Assembly: GCA_964352175.1 (NCBI GenBank)
Contig: CAYGQW010000001.1
Span: 1-45,042, forward strand
DNA length: 45,042 bases
From: an uncultured Halobacteriovorax sp.
Lineage (GTDB): Bacteria > Bdellovibrionota > Bacteriovoracia > Bacteriovoracales > Bacteriovoracaceae
Direction of reading: 5' to 3'
This document shows, piece by piece, positions 42,306 through 45,042 of the stretch; position 1 is the first letter of the stretch, and every line of letters begins with the position of its first letter. The notes under the pieces are model-generated. The model did not search any database. It was given only the letters and a program-made list of their open reading frames with translations, and had not been told where the DNA came from. A program made the translations under genes and the position numbers.

Positions 42306-44624
42306 ATGACTACAACAACCATGGATACTAGCGCTATCGCTTACGCGGTCAATAAAACAAAAATTACGGCCCAATCTGTTTTATCAGTTTTAAAGCTCAT
42401 TATCGATGAACAATGTACGATTCCTTTTATCACTAGATATAGAAAAGAGATGACTGGTGGACTTGATGAAACCCAAGTTCAAGCTATTCAAGAAGCCTAC
42501 GAAGAATGCATTGAAATTGAAAAACGCCGTGCTTATGTCTTAGATACCATCACTAAGATGGAAAAAATGACGCCGCAATTAGAAAAGCTAATCAAAGCGG
42601 CAAGTACTCTTAATCAAATTGAAGATATCTACGCCCCTTATAAATCTAAAAAGAAAACCAAAGGTCAGATGGCAGAAGAAGCCGGACTTCTTCCTTTGGC
42701 CGAAATGATTATGACTGGAAAGCTTGATCTAGCGAAACTTGAAGCTGAAAACGAAGCTAAGTTTATTAATAAAGATAAAAAGATTGAGTCATGGAAAGAT
42801 GCCCTCGATGGTGCTCAATCAATCATCATAGAAAAGATTGCTCATAATCCTGAAGTGAAAGAAAAGCTTCGCCAAGATTATTGGAGAAGTGCAAAAATCG
42901 TATCTAGTCTTAGAAAAGACGGCGATAAAGTTGCTGATTACACCAAGTACAAAGATTGGTTTGAATATGAACAAAATATTTCGGCTTTAACTGATAGTAA
43001 GCACGGTCACCGTTTCTTAGCCCTTCGACGTGGTATGACTCAAAAAGTTCTTAAAGTCGATGTTGTCTTTCCAGAAGAAATGGCAATTCCAGCCATCAGC
43101 GCAGAGATGTTTGATTTATCTCGTATTGGTTGTCGAGACTTTGTTGAAAACTGCATTAAAAAATCATTCAACTTAGCAATTCACCCATCCCTTGACCTTG
43201 AAGTTAAAGGTGAGCTTAAAAAAGTTTCCGATGAATCAGCTATCAATGTTTTTGGCATTAATCTTAAAAACCTCTTACTTCAACCTTACCTTGGCCCAAA
43301 AGCTGTGATCGGCCTAGATCCAGGAATCAGAACAGGTGTTAAAGTTGCCGTTGTCGATGATACCGGTAAATTTGTGGTTGATACTGTGGTTTACCCACAT
43401 CCCCCAAAACAAGACGTACAAAAATCCGCCATGGTGATTGACGCCATCATTGAGCAATTTAAGGTTACCCATATTGCTATTGGAAACGGAACCTATGGCC
43501 GCGAGACTCTTGATTTTGTTGAAAAAAATGTCAAAGCCGTTAAAGACGGTAAGGCCATGGCGACATTGATCTCAGAAGCAGGGGCATCTATTTATTCAGC
43601 TAGTGAAATTGCTAGAAAAGAATTTCCAGATAAAGACCCAACAGTCAGAGGTGCTATATCGATCGCTAGACGCTTTCAAGATCCATTAGCAGAACTAGTT
43701 AAGATTGATCCAAAATCAATTGGTGTAGGCCAGTACCAACATGACGTTAATCAAATCAGACTTAAAAAACAATTAACTGGTGTGGTTGAAAGCTGTGTGA
43801 ACTATGTAGGAGTTGACCTTAATACAGCCTCAGCTCCACTTCTTTCATTCGTTTCAGGTATTGGCCCAAGTGTGGCAGAAAATGTAGTTAAGCACCGTGA
43901 AAAAGTCGGTGGCTTTAAAAATAGAGCTGAGCTTTTAAAAGTTTCAAGATTTTCTCCTAAGGTCTATGAACAATCGGCCGGCTTTCTTCGTATTTATAAC
44001 GGCGAAAATCCACTGGACGCTACATTTATTCACCCAGAAAGTTATCCTATTCTAGAAAACTGGGCCAAGAAGAATGGCGCTGATTTAAAACTTTTAAAAG
44101 AAGATAAAGATCTGGTTAAAAAACTTGAAACAGATAAGACTCTTTTGAGCGAGCTTGGTGAATTTACTCACAAAGATATTATTAAATCTTTAACGGCTCC
44201 GTCTCAGGATCCAAGAACAGAATTTAAAAGCTTTGAATTTAGAAAAGATATTTCTAAAATTGGGGACCTCAAAGAAAATGATTGGTATCCAGGTGTTGTA
44301 ACAAACATCACACAATTTGGTGCCTTCGTTGATATCGGGCTTAAAGAAAATGGCCTGGTTCATATTTCTCAAATGGCAGACAAATTCGTTGATAATCCAC
44401 TTGAAGTTTTAAAGGTCGGACAAGAAGTGAATGCCAGAGTCATGGCAGTTGATCTTGAACGTGGACGAGTTTCACTTTCACTTAAAAAAGATGACGGTCA
44501 AGGTGTTGCCACTTCATATGCAGAACGTGGTATTGGTCAGGGACAATCTAAAGTAAAAGCTCCACCACCGGCAGCTTCTATGAAGAACAATGCTTTTGCG
44601 GGACTTAAAAATTTAAAGTTATAA
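42306..44624 (+). CDS. tex: Tex-like transcription accessory protein (YqgF/HhH/S1 domains)
   Basis: 772 aa. Tex N-terminal motif TIPFITRYRKE.TG, a YqgF-like segment (IGLDPG.RTG.K.AVVD.TGK), helix-hairpin-helix regions (VNTASA.LL..V.GIGP..A..IV..R), and a C-terminal S1 domain (GVVTNITQFGAFVDIG...GLVHISQ). Confidence 0.9.
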   Translation: MTTTTMDTSAIAYAVNKTKITAQSVLSVLKLIIDEQCTIPFITRYRKEMTGGLDETQVQAIQEAYEECIEIEKRRAYVLDTITKMEKMTPQLEKLIKAASTLNQIEDIYAPYKSKKKTKGQMAEEAGLLPLAEMIMTGKLDLAKLEAENEAKFINKDKKIESWKDALDGAQSIIIEKIAHNPEVKEKLRQDYWRSAKIVSSLRKDGDKVADYTKYKDWFEYEQNISALTDSKHGHRFLALRRGMTQKVLKVDVVFPEEMAIPAISAEMFDLSRIGCRDFVENCIKKSFNLAIHPSLDLEVKGELKKVSDESAINVFGINLKNLLLQPYLGPKAVIGLDPGIRTGVKVAVVDDTGKFVVDTVVYPHPPKQDVQKSAMVIDAIIEQFKVTHIAIGNGTYGRETLDFVEKNVKAVKDGKAMATLISEAGASIYSASEIARKEFPDKDPTVRGAISIARRFQDPLAELVKIDPKSIGVGQYQHDVNQIRLKKQLTGVVESCVNYVGVDLNTASAPLLSFVSGIGPSVAENVVKHREKVGGFKNRAELLKVSRFSPKVYEQSAGFLRIYNGENPLDATFIHPESYPILENWAKKNGADLKLLKEDKDLVKKLETDKTLLSELGEFTHKDIIKSLTAPSQDPRTEFKSFEFRKDISKIGDLKENDWYPGVVTNITQFGAFVDIGLKENGLVHISQMADKFVDNPLEVLKVGQEVNARVMAVDLERGRVSLSLKKDDGQGVATSYAERGIGQGQSKVKAPPPAASMKNNAFAGLKNLKL

Positions 44625-44637
44625 AAATCATGATGAC

Positions 44638-45042
44638 TTAGGGATTGAAGTTTCCGTCAGGTTCAAGGCGCATGATAAAGACGTCGCCGGTCCCACCCGC
44701 AAATGCTTCACTCATGCCGCCGTTAGTGTCGCCGGCACAATAAACATTGCCGGCAGAGTCAACAGCTACTCCATTGCAATTATCACTTCCGGTATTTGAA
44801 CCTCCAGCATTGGTAACACCACCAAGCTGCTTATGCCATAAAAGAGTTCCAGAGGAGTCTAGCTTCATGACAAAAGCGTCATTGCTCCCAGCATTGGCTT
44901 CGCTCATCCCACCAGTCGTTTGTCCTGCACAGTAAACGTTTCCTAGCGAATCCACTGCAACGCCAAGGCATTCATCCTGCCCTGCATTTGACCCGCCGGC
45001 ATTAGTAACGGCGCCAAGCTGTGTGTGCCATAAAATATTTCC
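44638..45042 (-). CDS. 3' part of an SBBP-type beta-propeller repeat protein (5' end lies outside the window)
   Basis: The frame stays open to the window edge; the track's 'M' at 44955 is an internal GTG. Translation is ...NILWHTQLGAVTNAGGSNAGQDECLGVAVDSLGNVYCAGQTTGGMSEANAGSNDAFVMKLDSSGTLLWHKQLGGVT.... This is the D..GNvY.aG.T.g......g..DaFv.Kl...G...W pattern. Confidence 0.7.
   Translation of the reverse strand, partial: GNILWHTQLGAVTNAGGSNAGQDECLGVAVDSLGNVYCAGQTTGGMSEANAGSNDAFVMKLDSSGTLLWHKQLGGVTNAGGSNTGSDNCNGVAVDSAGNVYCAGDTNGGMSEAFAGGTGDVFIMRLEPDGNFNP
44638..45042. repeat. tandem 192-nt (64-codon) coding repeat within the SBBP gene
   Basis: The landmark 'gccataaaa' recurs at 44835 and 45027, 192 nt apart. 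Flanking sequence is similar at both the DNA and protein level. Confidence 0.7.

Noticed and set aside
1-45042. CRISPR arrays, rRNA genes, and toxin-antitoxin or restriction-modification style defence genes.
   Set aside because: No regularly spaced direct repeats, no rRNA-like sequence, and no ORF with nuclease, methylase or Cas-like motifs were recognised on reading through.

Overview
This is a low-GC bacterial chromosomal window. Gene content (many secreted serine proteases, a menaquinone operon, tilS-ftsH-folP) suggests a Bdellovibrio-like or Bacteriovorax-like predator, but that is only a guess. The layout falls into four parts. (1) 1-12.6 kb is housekeeping: a receiver-domain gene tail, pepP, a polyprenyl synthase, a menG-menF-menD-menA-menC menaquinone operon, an unlisted small lipoprotein, a PQQ-type sugar dehydrogenase, asnB and a thiopurine-methyltransferase-like gene. 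(2) 12.6-17 kb holds a LysR regulator divergent from an envelope redox-type operon (YHS-domain protein, di-heme lipoprotein, YceI, a CXXCH-bearing putative outer-membrane barrel) plus a nitroreductase. (3) About 17.0-30.5 kb is a markedly more AT-rich accessory island and is the most interesting part. It contains a GT4 and a GT2 glycosyltransferase, a possible GT-C-like polytopic membrane protein, two paralogous 199-aa 2OG-Fe(II) oxygenases, and an unlisted 45-aa acidic peptide ORF directly upstream of the GT2 gene. It also contains a 595-aa ORF with kinase/SelO-like motifs next to a stand-alone PqqD-like (RiPP recognition element) protein, and an HTTM-domain membrane protein translationally coupled to a small anchored partner (sdpA/sdpB-like arrangement). 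A KASIII + carrier protein + MBOAT + SGNH-like acyl-transfer module and a VanZ-like protein complete the island. I read the island as a candidate undescribed peptide- or envelope-modification system, but I cannot prove a peptide substrate. (4) 30.5-45 kb holds three secreted serine proteases (two S8, one S1), pyrC-like, folP, ftsH, tilS, a tRNA with a CAT anticodon, a PDZ lipoprotein, tex and the 3' part of an SBBP-repeat protein. I saw no CRISPR array, rRNA, transposase, integrase or obvious IS element. All functional calls rest on motifs read by eye from the supplied translations; no database search was run.
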